Counted from the stretch's first letter, positions 8,886 to 18,305 are shown. The stretch: 44,231 bases of DNA from Candidatus Vogelbacteria bacterium (GCA_016201465.1 JACQCV010000032.1:1-44231), one strand, 5' to 3'. The notes: a model not told the origin generated them from the letters alone. Numbers and translations: made by a program.

Positions 8886-11347
8886 TACTGAACAATTTCT
8901 CTAACTGGCGGCTTACTCCGTTTGGCTGGATCACTAGGCTCACTCTTAGGAGCGACTATATTTTCAAGGGCCCCTCTACCGGCGCTTAAATTACCCAAAA
9001 TAGTTTTAACCTCGGTATTTGTAGGATTAAGATTTGCAATATCCTTAAACTGGCTAATCGCCTCATTTATTTTACCTAGCTTACTGTAACTTAATCCAAG
9101 GAAATATTTGGCATTTGAATAGTTTGGCTGTAAGATAACCGCCTGCGAAAGCGCTCCAACAGCCCCTGAGTAATCTTTGTTAAGATACCTCAAAAATCCC
9201 AACTGAAACAGAATACCCATATCTTGTGGTGAGAAAACAAGGGCTTGTTCCACACTCTTTATGGCACCCGTAATGCTACCTTGATTAGCTTCAATTTGAG
9301 ATAACAGGAACAACGCATCTGTAAAATTACCCTTCTTCTGAAGCGCTAGATCAATATCAACCTTTGCCTTTCCAATATCTCCTTTTGCAACTTCAAGCTG
9401 GGCCAAACCCAAATAAATATTCGGATTTTCCGGCGTTATAGACAGGGCTTTGTTGTATGAATTTAGTGCAAGATCGTAAGAACCAGCGACTACACCCTTA
9501 AGGGGAACAACAGTCTGACCGACCCTGGCAAGAGTTATCCAATTAAGATAATTATTCGGATCAATTTCTGTGGCTCTTCTCGCATTACCCGCAGACGCAC
9601 TGAGAACAGCTTGCAATTTGGACAAGAGGGTCTCCTTTGTGAGCGTCGACTGGCCAGAAAGCAAATTTTTAAGTTCTAAAACATACAAGTCGGCTAAAGA
9701 TCTGTAATAAAGATCCTGTTCATCGAGACTAATCGCCGCCTTAATTCTCCGTTCAGCTGAAATAGCATCACCCAAAATATTTGCACTATAAAGACCCTTC
9801 TGGAAATTATAAACTGCCAAAAACTTTCGACCAAGCAAGTACCCGCAAGAAACAGTTGAAATAATCAAAATCACAAGAACTAATACTGAGATAAATCCCA
9901 ATCTTGGATTATTAAAGAATTGAAACTCGTAATTTCTTATATATTCAACCCTAGACAAGGAAGCAATAAATATACCTGTGAAAATAAAAGTCAACACCAA
10001 AATCACAGTATCAGTTACGTAAAAGACCGAGAAGGACCAAAGATAAAGAGCTGCCACAAAGGATGAAAAGACAAGTAATTGATCAAATATATTTTCCGCG
10101 GGTCTTAAAATCGATTTAAGACCAAGATAAATCAAAGACAGTAGGAATATACTAAAACTCAAAACACCAAACAAACCGAGAGTCACCGCCAGTGAAGGTA
10201 TCCTCCCAAATCCAACATTAAAATCAGTGTTCCAAAAAGCCGTACCATTAACCGCCTGTGGCTTCAATGCTGCCCATTGTTCAGAAAAGGTGTTTGGACC
10301 GCTACCAAAAAACAAGTCTTTTTTCATAGATCTTCTAGCGACGTCTATGGTTGACTGCCACGATGGTCGTACCTCTAATTGGAAAATGCCATAACTACCC
10401 AAGAACGACCCAACTCCATTTGTTGAAAAAAATAAAATTAGGCACAGCACAAAAACAACGAATGATGGCCTATAGACAATTTTTTTAATCCATCCCACTC
10501 GAGACTGTTCATTGTCATCGTCATCCGCCAATTCAATAGGCTGTAAGAGGCCGCCATATGCAAGTGAGTAAATAAAAATAATTAGTGTAAAGATACCAAT
10601 AATGGCCCAGATTAAATCGTAATTCACAAGAGCCACGATTATTAGAGATACAATCAGAAATAGGTGCATTAATCGCTTCTTGCCACTAGCTAAGTTTGGA
10701 ATAAATTCTAAAATAAGCAGTGACAATATTGTGGAAAGACCAAAAAGAACCCCGAGATCATTCAATTTTCCAATAAAATTAGTCAGGGTACCTCCAAGAA
10801 AAACAATGCCTGGATGTATAACTTGGACTAGTTGCAATGCACCAATGACGGCAAGCGATAATAAAAGACCAAAAATGTAACCCGCCAACCTCTTTTTCGA
10901 TTCAAAAAACGTCGAGGCTAAAAATAAACTCAAAAACAACAAGGTAATTGAAATGAAAGTGTCGTTCTCAAAACCTAAACCAAATAATGATTGCCCAACA
11001 GAAGAGGATAGCAGGGAAGAAATCAAAAAAGAAGCTAGGACAGATAGACTAGTCCAAAAAACTAAACCACCAGGAAATTCTAAACGTCCATCCTCAAGTC
11101 TTGTGATAAGCCATAAAAAGAAAGATAACAATATTCCGCCAGAAAACAAAAGTTTTTTGGCAAATTCGATTTGAATTCCGGAAACCAATGGAGGTACAAT
11201 TAACGGAATTAGAATTATGGTTAAGAAAAAAACAAAATATGACAGCTTGCCAACAAAAGGCAACTTTCTAAAAAAACCAGTGCGTGGAGCACCCTCAACC
11301 TCAACATTTTCATCATCGACAATAATATCGACTTCAAGTTCTTGCAT
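8885..11347 (-). CDS. Polytopic membrane protein (O-antigen ligase/Wzy-like, tentative) with C-terminal TPR domain
   Basis: 820 aa. The first ~530 aa form many hydrophobic helices. The C-terminal ~280 aa contain repeated 34-aa TPR-like units (..YNKALSITPENPNIYLGLAQL.., ..AVILQPNYSNAKYFLGLSY..). The stop overlaps the murJ start. Confidence 0.65.
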   Translation of the reverse strand: MQELEVDIIVDDENVEVEGAPRTGFFRKLPFVGKLSYFVFFLTIILIPLIVPPLVSGIQIEFAKKLLFSGGILLSFFLWLITRLEDGRLEFPGGLVFWTSLSVLASFLISSLLSSSVGQSLFGLGFENDTFISITLLFLSLFLASTFFESKKRLAGYIFGLLLSLAVIGALQLVQVIHPGIVFLGGTLTNFIGKLNDLGVLFGLSTILSLLILEFIPNLASGKKRLMHLFLIVSLIIVALVNYDLIWAIIGIFTLIIFIYSLAYGGLLQPIELADDDDNEQSRVGWIKKIVYRPSFVVFVLCLILFFSTNGVGSFLGSYGIFQLEVRPSWQSTIDVARRSMKKDLFFGSGPNTFSEQWAALKPQAVNGTAFWNTDFNVGFGRIPSLAVTLGLFGVLSFSIFLLSLIYLGLKSILRPAENIFDQLLVFSSFVAALYLWSFSVFYVTDTVILVLTFIFTGIFIASLSRVEYIRNYEFQFFNNPRLGFISVLVLVILIISTVSCGYLLGRKFLAVYNFQKGLYSANILGDAISAERRIKAAISLDEQDLYYRSLADLYVLELKNLLSGQSTLTKETLLSKLQAVLSASAGNARRATEIDPNNYLNWITLARVGQTVVPLKGVVAGSYDLALNSYNKALSITPENPNIYLGLAQLEVAKGDIGKAKVDIDLALQKKGNFTDALFLLSQIEANQGSITGAIKSVEQALVFSPQDMGILFQLGFLRYLNKDYSGAVGALSQAVILQPNYSNAKYFLGLSYSKLGKINEAISQFKDIANLNPTNTEVKTILGNLSAGRGALENIVAPKSEPSDPAKRSKPPVREIVQ

Positions 11348-11469
11348 TTTTTTTTGGTTAAAATTGTTAAGAATTGCTTATAAAAATTCATTATTATTAC
11401 ATTCAATTTTACATCCAGCACATAATTTAATCAACAATAACTAATCCACTTATGTGTTAATATATATGC

Positions 11470-12195
11470 ATGCATGAGAAATTCGTTCATTCGGAAAAAA
11501 TACATAAGACCAAACATGGGTTATTTATCGGTGATTTTGTCTATGGCGCCAACGATGGAATTGTCACAACATTTGCTGTAATCTCTGGCGCGATCGGAGC
11601 ATCTTTGACTCGCGAACCAATTATAATTCTAGGCCTTGCGTCCTTAATTGCAGATGGAATCTCGATGGGACTTTCAAACTACTTGGCCATAAACTCTAGA
11701 TTAGATTACCAAAAACAAGAAAGACTACGGGAAGTTTTCGAAGTTGAAAGATTTCCAGACAAAGAACGTCAAGAGGTTCGAGAGATTTTGCAAAATTGGG
11801 GTGTACCAGAAAATAAACTTGAGGAATTCGTAAACATACTAACCAAAGATAAAGACCAATGGGTAAACTTAATGATGCGTGAGGAGCTAGGAATATTTGA
11901 GGACAAGATTGAATCCCCCACGAAACACGGTATCACGACTTCATTATCTTTCTTCCTGTCTGGCTCACTCCCCCTGCTTCCATATCTTCTCGGACTTAGA
12001 ACGTGGTCTCCATTTCTAATCTCAGTCACCGCCACTGCCGTCTCGCTCTTTGTTGTGGGTGCACTAAGAACATTTATAACAGGAACAAATTGGATCAAAT
12101 CGGGACTTCAAATGCTCACAATTGGTGGCTTAGCGGCCTTTGCCGCATATTTTGTAGGTGGAATAGTTAAAAATTTATTTGGTCTAAGTATATGA
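11470..12195 (+). CDS. VIT1/CCC1-family iron/manganese transporter
   Basis: 241 aa with GDFVYGANDGIVTTFAVISGAIGA, a central acidic helical cytoplasmic domain and C-terminal TM helices, as in the VIT family. Confidence 0.8.
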   Translation: MHEKFVHSEKIHKTKHGLFIGDFVYGANDGIVTTFAVISGAIGASLTREPIIILGLASLIADGISMGLSNYLAINSRLDYQKQERLREVFEVERFPDKERQEVREILQNWGVPENKLEEFVNILTKDKDQWVNLMMREELGIFEDKIESPTKHGITTSLSFFLSGSLPLLPYLLGLRTWSPFLISVTATAVSLFVVGALRTFITGTNWIKSGLQMLTIGGLAAFAAYFVGGIVKNLFGLSI

Positions 12196-13988
12196 AAAAA
12201 CGAAGCAGTAATCCAATCCTCCATATGTTCCAGGTTGTCTGGTATTACGCGAACGACCGCCGCGGCAAGATGATACAGTTCTGCTCCATGACAGTAATCG
12301 CAAACGGCATTGGTCTTTTTAACACGGTTGTGACAGGTTGGATTTTTAACGACGTTCAATCTTCTGTTAAAGCTTCTGTTAAAGATCCTGCCCTTTTTCC
12401 TAAGATTGCTGAACTCATGCTTTTGGTAATTTTCCTAGATTTTCTTTTTTGGGCATTTCACGGCCCCTCAAGATTAATTGAACGAAAAAATGCCTTTTTG
12501 GTTAGACACAATTTCCGAAGAGATCTACTGAGTAAGGTTATCGATCTTCCGATTGAATGGCATAAAAATCACCACTCTGGACACACAATTGATAAGGTCA
12601 ATCAGGCCGCTGATGATCTACACGATTTTGCTGGATCAATTTTCCAAATAGTTGAAAACAGCGTAAGACTCTTTGGGGCAACAATAATTTTACTTTTCTT
12701 CGACTATCGAGCAAGTATAATCGCACTCTCAGTAACAATTCTAGCGATTATAATGATGACTGAATTCGATGTTAAATTAAGACGCATGATGTTAGAAAGA
12801 AATAAGTTTAAAAATCATATGGCCGCGGCAATACAGGATTATATTACAAACATCTATACAATTATAACGCTGAAGCTAAAGTCTCGGGTAATGCGTGAAG
12901 TTGAAGATCGTTCCTGGGCATTTAACGACATAAATACCAAAATCAACCGGGTAAGCGAAATAAAATGGTTCTCAGTTAGTATGATGATTTCTGTAATGGT
13001 TGCCGGCATAATTATTTTAAACACCCAAGAGTCTATAGCGGCGACCGGAACAGTGGCACTTGGTACTTTATTCATCCTTTACCGCTACCTAAATGGCGTG
13101 GGAGAAACTTTTTATAACTTTGCATGGAGATATGGAGAAATCTTAAGGGAACATGCGTCTATTTTATCAACACAAGCGATCATCGATGAACACAACAAAC
13201 TTTCCCCGGCAAAAAAAGCAAGCTTACCAATTCGTTGGAAATATTTAGAAATCAAAAATGTAAACTTTACATACAGCAGAGAGGAGGATGGCGAAACAAT
13301 AACGACCCACATTAACGACGTTAACCTCAGACTATCGAGGTACGGCCGTATTGCCTTCATTGGCGAAAGCGGGTCCGGCAAAAGTACAATGATGTCTCTA
13401 ATTCGCGGATTACACTTTACTGAAAGTGTTGAGTTGTTTGCAGACGGAAAACAGCTTCCAAAGGGTTTATCACACCTATACAATCACGTTACCCTTATTC
13501 CTCAAGATCCTGAGGTATTCAATAGTTCAGTCCACGACAATATCACAATGGATACACAAGTGGGCGGTCACAACCTAAAAAAAGTAATCAAGATGTCCCA
13601 ATTCGAAACTGTTTTAAAACGTTTACCTTTTGGTCTTGATACAAACGTGATGGAGAAGGGTGTCTCATTATCTGGCGGCGAAAAGCAGAGACTTGCGCTT
13701 GCAAGAGGACTCTTGGCCGCACACGACAGCGACTTCCTGCTATTAGATGAACCAACTTCTAGTGTAGATTCGACAAATGAGATGAAAATTTATGAAAATA
13801 TAATTTCAAATTTCAAAAAGAAAACAATTATAGCAACCATCCATCGACTTCACCTTCTACAATATTTTGATTACATCTATATGTTCGACAAAGGCAGGGT
13901 GATAGCTGAGGGCACACTGGATCAAATGATTAATAATCCACAATTTAAAGATATTTGGGATAGATATAATACCACTACAGTAAGATAA
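12192..13988 (+). CDS. ABC transporter, fused permease/ATP-binding protein
   Basis: 598 aa with Walker A GESGSGKST, signature LSGGEKQR and Walker B FLLLDEPTS. The start overlaps the VIT1 stop (ATGA). Confidence 0.9.
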   Translation: MKKRSSNPILHMFQVVWYYANDRRGKMIQFCSMTVIANGIGLFNTVVTGWIFNDVQSSVKASVKDPALFPKIAELMLLVIFLDFLFWAFHGPSRLIERKNAFLVRHNFRRDLLSKVIDLPIEWHKNHHSGHTIDKVNQAADDLHDFAGSIFQIVENSVRLFGATIILLFFDYRASIIALSVTILAIIMMTEFDVKLRRMMLERNKFKNHMAAAIQDYITNIYTIITLKLKSRVMREVEDRSWAFNDINTKINRVSEIKWFSVSMMISVMVAGIIILNTQESIAATGTVALGTLFILYRYLNGVGETFYNFAWRYGEILREHASILSTQAIIDEHNKLSPAKKASLPIRWKYLEIKNVNFTYSREEDGETITTHINDVNLRLSRYGRIAFIGESGSGKSTMMSLIRGLHFTESVELFADGKQLPKGLSHLYNHVTLIPQDPEVFNSSVHDNITMDTQVGGHNLKKVIKMSQFETVLKRLPFGLDTNVMEKGVSLSGGEKQRLALARGLLAAHDSDFLLLDEPTSSVDSTNEMKIYENIISNFKKKTIIATIHRLHLLQYFDYIYMFDKGRVIAEGTLDQMINNPQFKDIWDRYNTTTVR

Positions 13989-13991
13989 AAA

Positions 13992-14012
13992 ACCCAGAGC
14001 CAACCTCTGGGG
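13992..14012. terminator. Bidirectional hairpin terminator between convergent genes
   Basis: CCCAGAG-ccaacc-TCTGGGG flanked by A-runs on both sides, between the stops at 13988 (+) and 14022 (-). Confidence 0.65.
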
Positions 14013-14021
14013 ACAAAAAAC

Positions 14022-14237
14022 CTAAACAATTATTATATTGTGTTTTTTTAAGACCTCCTCTCTGGTTTTAGCGGTATATTCATGAATATTATAATACTGC
14101 TTATGACCACGCCCGGTGTAAAGCTCGGCCATTGCTTCTGCTAACTCTTTTGTTATTCCGTCTTTCATCAAAAAAGTATTACCTGCCGCATCTGTGCGCG
14201 TTACCATCCACAACTTTCCGAATTCACCTTTATTCAC
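14022..14237 (-). CDS. Hypothetical small protein (71 aa)
   Basis: ORF with a GGAGGTG SD (revcomp of cacctcc 14243-14249) upstream of the ATG. No recognised family. Confidence 0.55.
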   Translation of the reverse strand: MNKGEFGKLWMVTRTDAAGNTFLMKDGITKELAEAMAELYTGRGHKQYYNIHEYTAKTREEVLKKHNIIIV

Positions 14238-14277
14238 TTAATCACCTCCACACAATTGATAGCATAAAAAATAAATT

Positions 14278-14310
14278 AAAAAAACCGCCTTAGCCAATCG
14301 GTAAGACGGT
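14278..14310 (-). terminator. Rho-independent terminator
   Basis: Stem ACCGCCTTA/TAAGACGGT (one mismatch) followed on the minus strand by a T-run, just after the stop at 14321. Confidence 0.6.
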
Positions 14311-14320
14311 AGAAATCCAT

Positions 14321-14728
14321 TTATAGTCCCTTAGATACTCTTCTATTTGTCACAACGCGCATCCCCGATGCACCAGCAATCTTCATTAGGAATTCAAGCA
14401 TATCCAAAAATCCATCTGGCACAACGCTATCTAGTAAAATATTGCCACTCAAGTACCCAACTCTAGTACCATTGTAGATTTTGTCAGTACCAATATCTAG
14501 CGTTTGAATACGATCACACTCAACAAGCTCTCCATTCATAACGTCATCCACAAAATTAGCTGGCGGCAACCAATGGTGATCACCAACATAATGCAAAATC
14601 ATATCTGGCATCACCCATTTGTGGGCATTCTCAAAGGTCAAGTTAACATCACCGGAGGAAATTTTGGAGTACTTATTTCTACCCATATCAAATCCAGTGG
14701 CACAGAATGAACATAAATGAAAGCCCAT
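14321..14728 (-). CDS. Cys/His 'HYV-module' protein (uncharacterised family), paralogous module to 29668-30024
   Basis: Start reset to ATG 14728 (GGAGG SD 6 nt upstream). HLCSFC ... WVMPDMILHYVGDHHWLPPANFVDDV matches HHDCPYC ... YIWPEMLTHYVRVHKYQPPQEFVDFV in the other ORF. Confidence 0.6.
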   Translation of the reverse strand: MGFHLCSFCATGFDMGRNKYSKISSGDVNLTFENAHKWVMPDMILHYVGDHHWLPPANFVDDVMNGELVECDRIQTLDIGTDKIYNGTRVGYLSGNILLDSVVPDGFLDMLEFLMKIAGASGMRVVTNRRVSKGL

Positions 14729-14902
14729 TTCTAACCTCCAAAGTCGTAAACTTCGGCATTTCGGCATTGATAAACCACCGTAACAATACCACATATCACT
14801 CCATACTGTCCACTAATAGTATTTATTGTCTGCGAACAGAAGCCTGGGCCAATGCCTTCAGTTTCGGTCTTTTTTAAATTACTACCTCTATTAGGTAATT
14901 AA

Positions 14903-15343
14903 CTACTCCGTTATTTTCACAGTACCGACCATTGTAGGATGTATGCTGCATTTATATTTGAAGGTGCCAATTGTATTAAATTTATGAGAGTATACATCAC
15001 CTGGAATAAGCGTTCCGCTCGAGAGCTCAGTTCCACCAACAGATGTCACAGAATGACTTTGACTGTCTTCATTTCTCCAAATAATCATTGTTCCTTTTTT
15101 TGCTGAGATATTATTCGGACTGAAGTTAGATCCCCTGATCGAAACCACTATCGGTGACAACTTTGATCCAGACTGAACTGTCGTTGGCTCAGGATTAGGG
15201 GTAATAGCAGTAGATTGAGACTCAGGCGTAGCGACCGGGTTGGTTAAAATACCAAGTTGATTACTGCCAGATCTAACCAAAAAGAAGACAACTAAGACCA
15301 CTACCAAAATAGCGACCACCATTAAAACTTTTTTATCTTTCAT
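14903..15343 (-). CDS. Membrane-anchored cupredoxin (type-1 copper, plastocyanin/amicyanin-like)
   Basis: 146 aa with an N-terminal TM anchor and a Thr/Pro/Ser linker. Copper ligand pattern H (SQSHSVT) ... YKCSIHPTM. Confidence 0.8.
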   Translation of the reverse strand: MKDKKVLMVVAILVVVLVVFFLVRSGSNQLGILTNPVATPESQSTAITPNPEPTTVQSGSKLSPIVVSIRGSNFSPNNISAKKGTMIIWRNEDSQSHSVTSVGGTELSSGTLIPGDVYSHKFNTIGTFKYKCSIHPTMVGTVKITE

Positions 15344-15416
15344 AAATTTTATTATAAAACTACTAATGGGCTAATTATATCACACAGCCAAACAAGACAA
15401 GACAAATATTGTGTAT

Positions 15417-15450
15417 AAAAAAGCCGCTTAGTGTTCCCACATAAACGGCT
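15417..15450 (-). terminator. Rho-independent terminator
   Basis: Imperfect hairpin AGCCG...CGGCT followed on the minus strand by a T-run, after the stop at 15468. Confidence 0.55.
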
Positions 15451-15467
15451 ATCGGATCAAATTTCTT

Positions 15468-15854
15468 TCAGGGGATCCATCCTGATTTGAGCTTGGCGCG
15501 GAGCTTCATCAATCTGGAGCAGAGCTCCTGTTCAGTAAGGACAGTGTCCTGCTTCTTTTTCTTACCGATTGAATGAGTCAATACCGCGTTGCTAGTGGCG
15601 AAAAGTGCAGCCCTGAAGTTGGGGTTGGTCGCGCGAGCATCGTAAAGTCTATCAAGAAGATCCTGATACTCCTTAATGTCTCGCTTGTATGCGATACCCT
15701 TCCACCAAAGAGTCTGACGCGTTTTCCATGCTCGATTACGCGATTGACCACGGCGCTTGGCCTGAAGTCCAACCAACTTGCAGACCTCGATCTGCATGTG
15801 GAGTTTGTCGAACTTGAAGGCCTGAAGCAGTCCCTCAGCCGACGCACACCACAC
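15468..15854 (-). CDS. NADAR (YbiA/DUF1768)-like protein; N-terminal motif lies upstream of this GTG in the same frame without a start codon (possible frameshift or pseudogene)
   Basis: WCASAEGLLQAFKF and RAALFATSNAVLTH resemble YbiA WPTSEHYFQAQKF and RALLLATAPAKLVEH. In-frame upstream codons read PSGQGFPGDKVGNFSPQPFWFDG, like the NADAR N-terminal FSNF..PF..DG motif. Confidence 0.6.
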   Translation of the reverse strand: MWCASAEGLLQAFKFDKLHMQIEVCKLVGLQAKRRGQSRNRAWKTRQTLWWKGIAYKRDIKEYQDLLDRLYDARATNPNFRAALFATSNAVLTHSIGKKKKQDTVLTEQELCSRLMKLRAKLKSGWIP

Positions 15855-15942
15855 GCCGTCGAACCAAAATGGCTGTGGTGAGAAATTCCCAACCTTATCA
15901 CCCGGAAAACCTTGTCCAGATGGCCCCCACCTCCTTTATCCT

Positions 15943-16869
15943 TTACTGTACGTTGCAAACAATCGCAACTGGTAGATGATCACTTACTGTTCTCGCTTGC
16001 TTGAGACCACCACACTGCGGAACGAAGTCCACGATAAGTGATCTGTCCACGCGAATCCGACCCTTGGTATAGATATTGTCGTAGGCTTTCGAAAGATAAC
16101 TTCTTGCTGCGCTGCCCCTGTCTTTGGCTCGAAGCGATGTATCGCCTTCAATATTATGAATTGCGCCTAGACCCTGTTCAAACGCCCCATCGAGTTTGTC
16201 GTGACTCAAATTGAAGTCACCAACAAAAACTATGTTACCATCCGAAAAATCTTGTCGATGCTGAGGCAATTCCGAAACTTCCTTTTCCGGATGTTTCGCT
16301 GTCGGTGCCAAGTGAAAACTGACAAGCATCAACCAGATCTTTTTATCGATCTCGAATTTCACACTTGCTGGTTCTCGAACCATCGAGTTCACAAGGCCGG
16401 AACAAAGAGTCGCTTTGTGTGGAATTGCAGCGACACGCGCAGTCTTCCAAAGGAAAGCAAACCGCTCCTTGCACGGACTCTCATGCGTTGCATCGCTCAC
16501 AAGATAATCCCACTTGGCACCGGTTCGGTTAAGTTCATCCGAGAGCTTCGCGACCGCCTGGGCGCCAAAGTCTGACGTGCTGACCTCCTCGATAGCCACT
16601 ATATCGGCAGCCCGCAAGATCTGCGCCATGTGCACAATCACTTCGGGTGATTTCTTTCGTCCGAAGTTGCAAGCATTCCACGACACCACCACGATGTCGC
16701 TCGCTGGTAGATTATTCTTGGATATCTCCGACACGTACTCAGTCCCTGTATATGCCTGCAGGGTTTGAATAACTTCTATCTTGCTATTGCTCGTCTCCTC
16801 CACAGATCCACACCCAGCAACAAGCAAAAGAAGTGAACAAATCGCAACAAAAAACCTATGATTACTCAC
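15943..16869 (-). CDS. Secreted lipoprotein, endonuclease/exonuclease/phosphatase (DNase I-like EEP) family
   Basis: 308 aa with a lipobox LLVAGC after a signal peptide. EEP motifs are SWNACNFG, IVAIEEV, FVGDFNL and SDHLPV. Confidence 0.85.
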   Translation of the reverse strand: MSNHRFFVAICSLLLLVAGCGSVEETSNSKIEVIQTLQAYTGTEYVSEISKNNLPASDIVVVSWNACNFGRKKSPEVIVHMAQILRAADIVAIEEVSTSDFGAQAVAKLSDELNRTGAKWDYLVSDATHESPCKERFAFLWKTARVAAIPHKATLCSGLVNSMVREPASVKFEIDKKIWLMLVSFHLAPTAKHPEKEVSELPQHRQDFSDGNIVFVGDFNLSHDKLDGAFEQGLGAIHNIEGDTSLRAKDRGSAARSYLSKAYDNIYTKGRIRVDRSLIVDFVPQCGGLKQARTVSDHLPVAIVCNVQ

Positions 16870-16953
16870 TTTTTTCTACCTCCTCAGTTGTCAAAAAACA
16901 CTCTAGATTTTGCTGGCAGTATAATATACCTACACGCTTTTGTCAATATCTGC

Positions 16954-17838
16954 TCAATCGAATATGACCGGTAAATAATTATCTATTTCTCTTTGTGTAA
17001 GATCATAAAAGTGTTCCTGATTATCATGTAATCTTGCGGCCAATCTGACGCCCACAAAACGCCAGTGCCACGGTTCAAATTTGTAATATGAGTTTCCTTT
17101 CGGGTATGAAAGAGCAAATCCGAATTTATATGCGTTATCATTAAGCCACTTGTACGAGGGCGATTTGTCGAAGTTTACAAATGCTACTTTCAGGTCGGTC
17201 GCCATAAAGTCTACAGCCGTTCCAAGCTGATGTTCGGAATACCCTTGATCCGCAGAGAAAGAATTTGCTGTTCCCACACCGTAAGTAAATTTATATCCTG
17301 CTTTTACCGACTGCTGATCATAAAACGATCTATAAGCAGATACTACCTTCAATATTGGGCCGTCTTGTTTAGCCGCCTCAATCATATTGTGAAGAAATGG
17401 CCGCACATGAGTCTGAACGAACTCAGGTTTGCTTCTTTGAAACAAATAACTTGGGTCGATAAGAGAAAGTTCAATAGGTACATAATTTTCATTCAAAAAA
17501 TAAACTTTCGAATATTTTTTTAGTAACTCAGGATCAAGTTGTCTTAATTTATTCAACTCATCTACGGTAGATGATATCTGATTTATCTGACCTTCGAACA
17601 CCATGTTTTTTGACTGTTCAGTCTGCAAAGATTGTCCCAACACCTTCTTTTCGTTAACCAAGCTCGCCGTTGTTGAAGATGTGATACTCTGTATCCTTAC
17701 CAACTGGTCAATGAGATACATATTAAACTTCTCCAGATCCCAAAAATTATAAATGGAATAACCCACAGAGAGAACGATCGCAATCAAAAGGCCAAAGATG
17801 ATAAGGATGTTTTTCGTGTTAAATTCAGGAAAAGTCAC
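16954..17838 (-). CDS. M15B (VanY-type) D-alanyl-D-alanine carboxypeptidase, membrane anchored
   Basis: 294 aa with an N-terminal TM helix and coiled coil. Motifs are SAYRSFYDQ, SEHQLGTAVDF and EPWHWRFVG. Confidence 0.85.
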   Translation of the reverse strand: MTFPEFNTKNILIIFGLLIAIVLSVGYSIYNFWDLEKFNMYLIDQLVRIQSITSSTTASLVNEKKVLGQSLQTEQSKNMVFEGQINQISSTVDELNKLRQLDPELLKKYSKVYFLNENYVPIELSLIDPSYLFQRSKPEFVQTHVRPFLHNMIEAAKQDGPILKVVSAYRSFYDQQSVKAGYKFTYGVGTANSFSADQGYSEHQLGTAVDFMATDLKVAFVNFDKSPSYKWLNDNAYKFGFALSYPKGNSYYKFEPWHWRFVGVRLAARLHDNQEHFYDLTQREIDNYLPVIFD

Positions 17839-17864
17839 GAACTTATTTTACCACACCCAGCGTT

Positions 17865-17893
17865 AAAAAATCCCACAGGCCGAAACCTGTGGG
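17865..17893 (-). terminator. Rho-independent terminator
   Basis: CCCACAGG/CCTGTGGG stem followed on the minus strand by T6, after the stop at 17911. Confidence 0.7.
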
Positions 17894-17910
17894 TGTTGAA
17901 CTGTCTTGTA

Positions 17911-18192
17911 CTAATCCTGCCGAACCCTGTCACAATCGGGACAATGATATGTCGACTGCGTATATCTGCTGTCACACATATCAAATGTATCCTCTCTTGC
18001 AATACGCTTCTCATTGCTGTGCCTACAGAACCTCCTTACATCATTCTGTAGCGCCTTATACCTCTTGAGGAGTGCAGGAAACTTCGCATCTGCAATCTCT
18101 CGCGCCTTGCATTCGTCGGCTTTTACCGGAGTAGTATATTCCTTGCCACACTCATCGCAAACAAAAACGTCAACTTTTTTCCGAGTTGCCAT
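17911..18192 (-). CDS. Small zinc-ribbon protein (93 aa)
   Basis: Start reset to ATG 18192 (AAGGAGG 8 nt upstream). CDECGKEY near the N-terminus and CPDCDRV at the C-terminus. Confidence 0.6.
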   Translation of the reverse strand: MATRKKVDVFVCDECGKEYTTPVKADECKAREIADAKFPALLKRYKALQNDVRRFCRHSNEKRIAREDTFDMCDSRYTQSTYHCPDCDRVRQD

Positions 18193-18276
18193 AATCGCAG
18201 CCTCCTTTGTTAAAGTCCCAAACATATGGCTTCTAAGCCCAAACTAGCATTACTTTTCAAAATGTCAATGGGAAGT

Positions 18277-18305
18277 AAAAAGCCCGCGGTTTTTAGCCCA
18301 CGGGC
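18277..18305 (-). terminator. Rho-independent terminator
   Basis: GCCCGCGG...CCCACGGGC imperfect stem followed on the minus strand by a T-run, after the stop at 18315. Confidence 0.55.

Noticed and set aside
8885-11347. The 820-aa membrane/TPR protein as a candidate novel system.
   Set aside because: Its architecture (Wzy/O-antigen-ligase-like polytopic domain fused to TPR repeats, next to murJ) is common in reduced-genome bacteria, so it is treated as ordinary envelope biogenesis.
15578-15958. 126-aa ORF overlapping the NADAR-like gene in another frame.
   Set aside because: It has Arg/Ser/Gly-rich shadow-frame composition. Its only value is that its 5' end contains the SD and GTG region relevant to the frameshift hypothesis.
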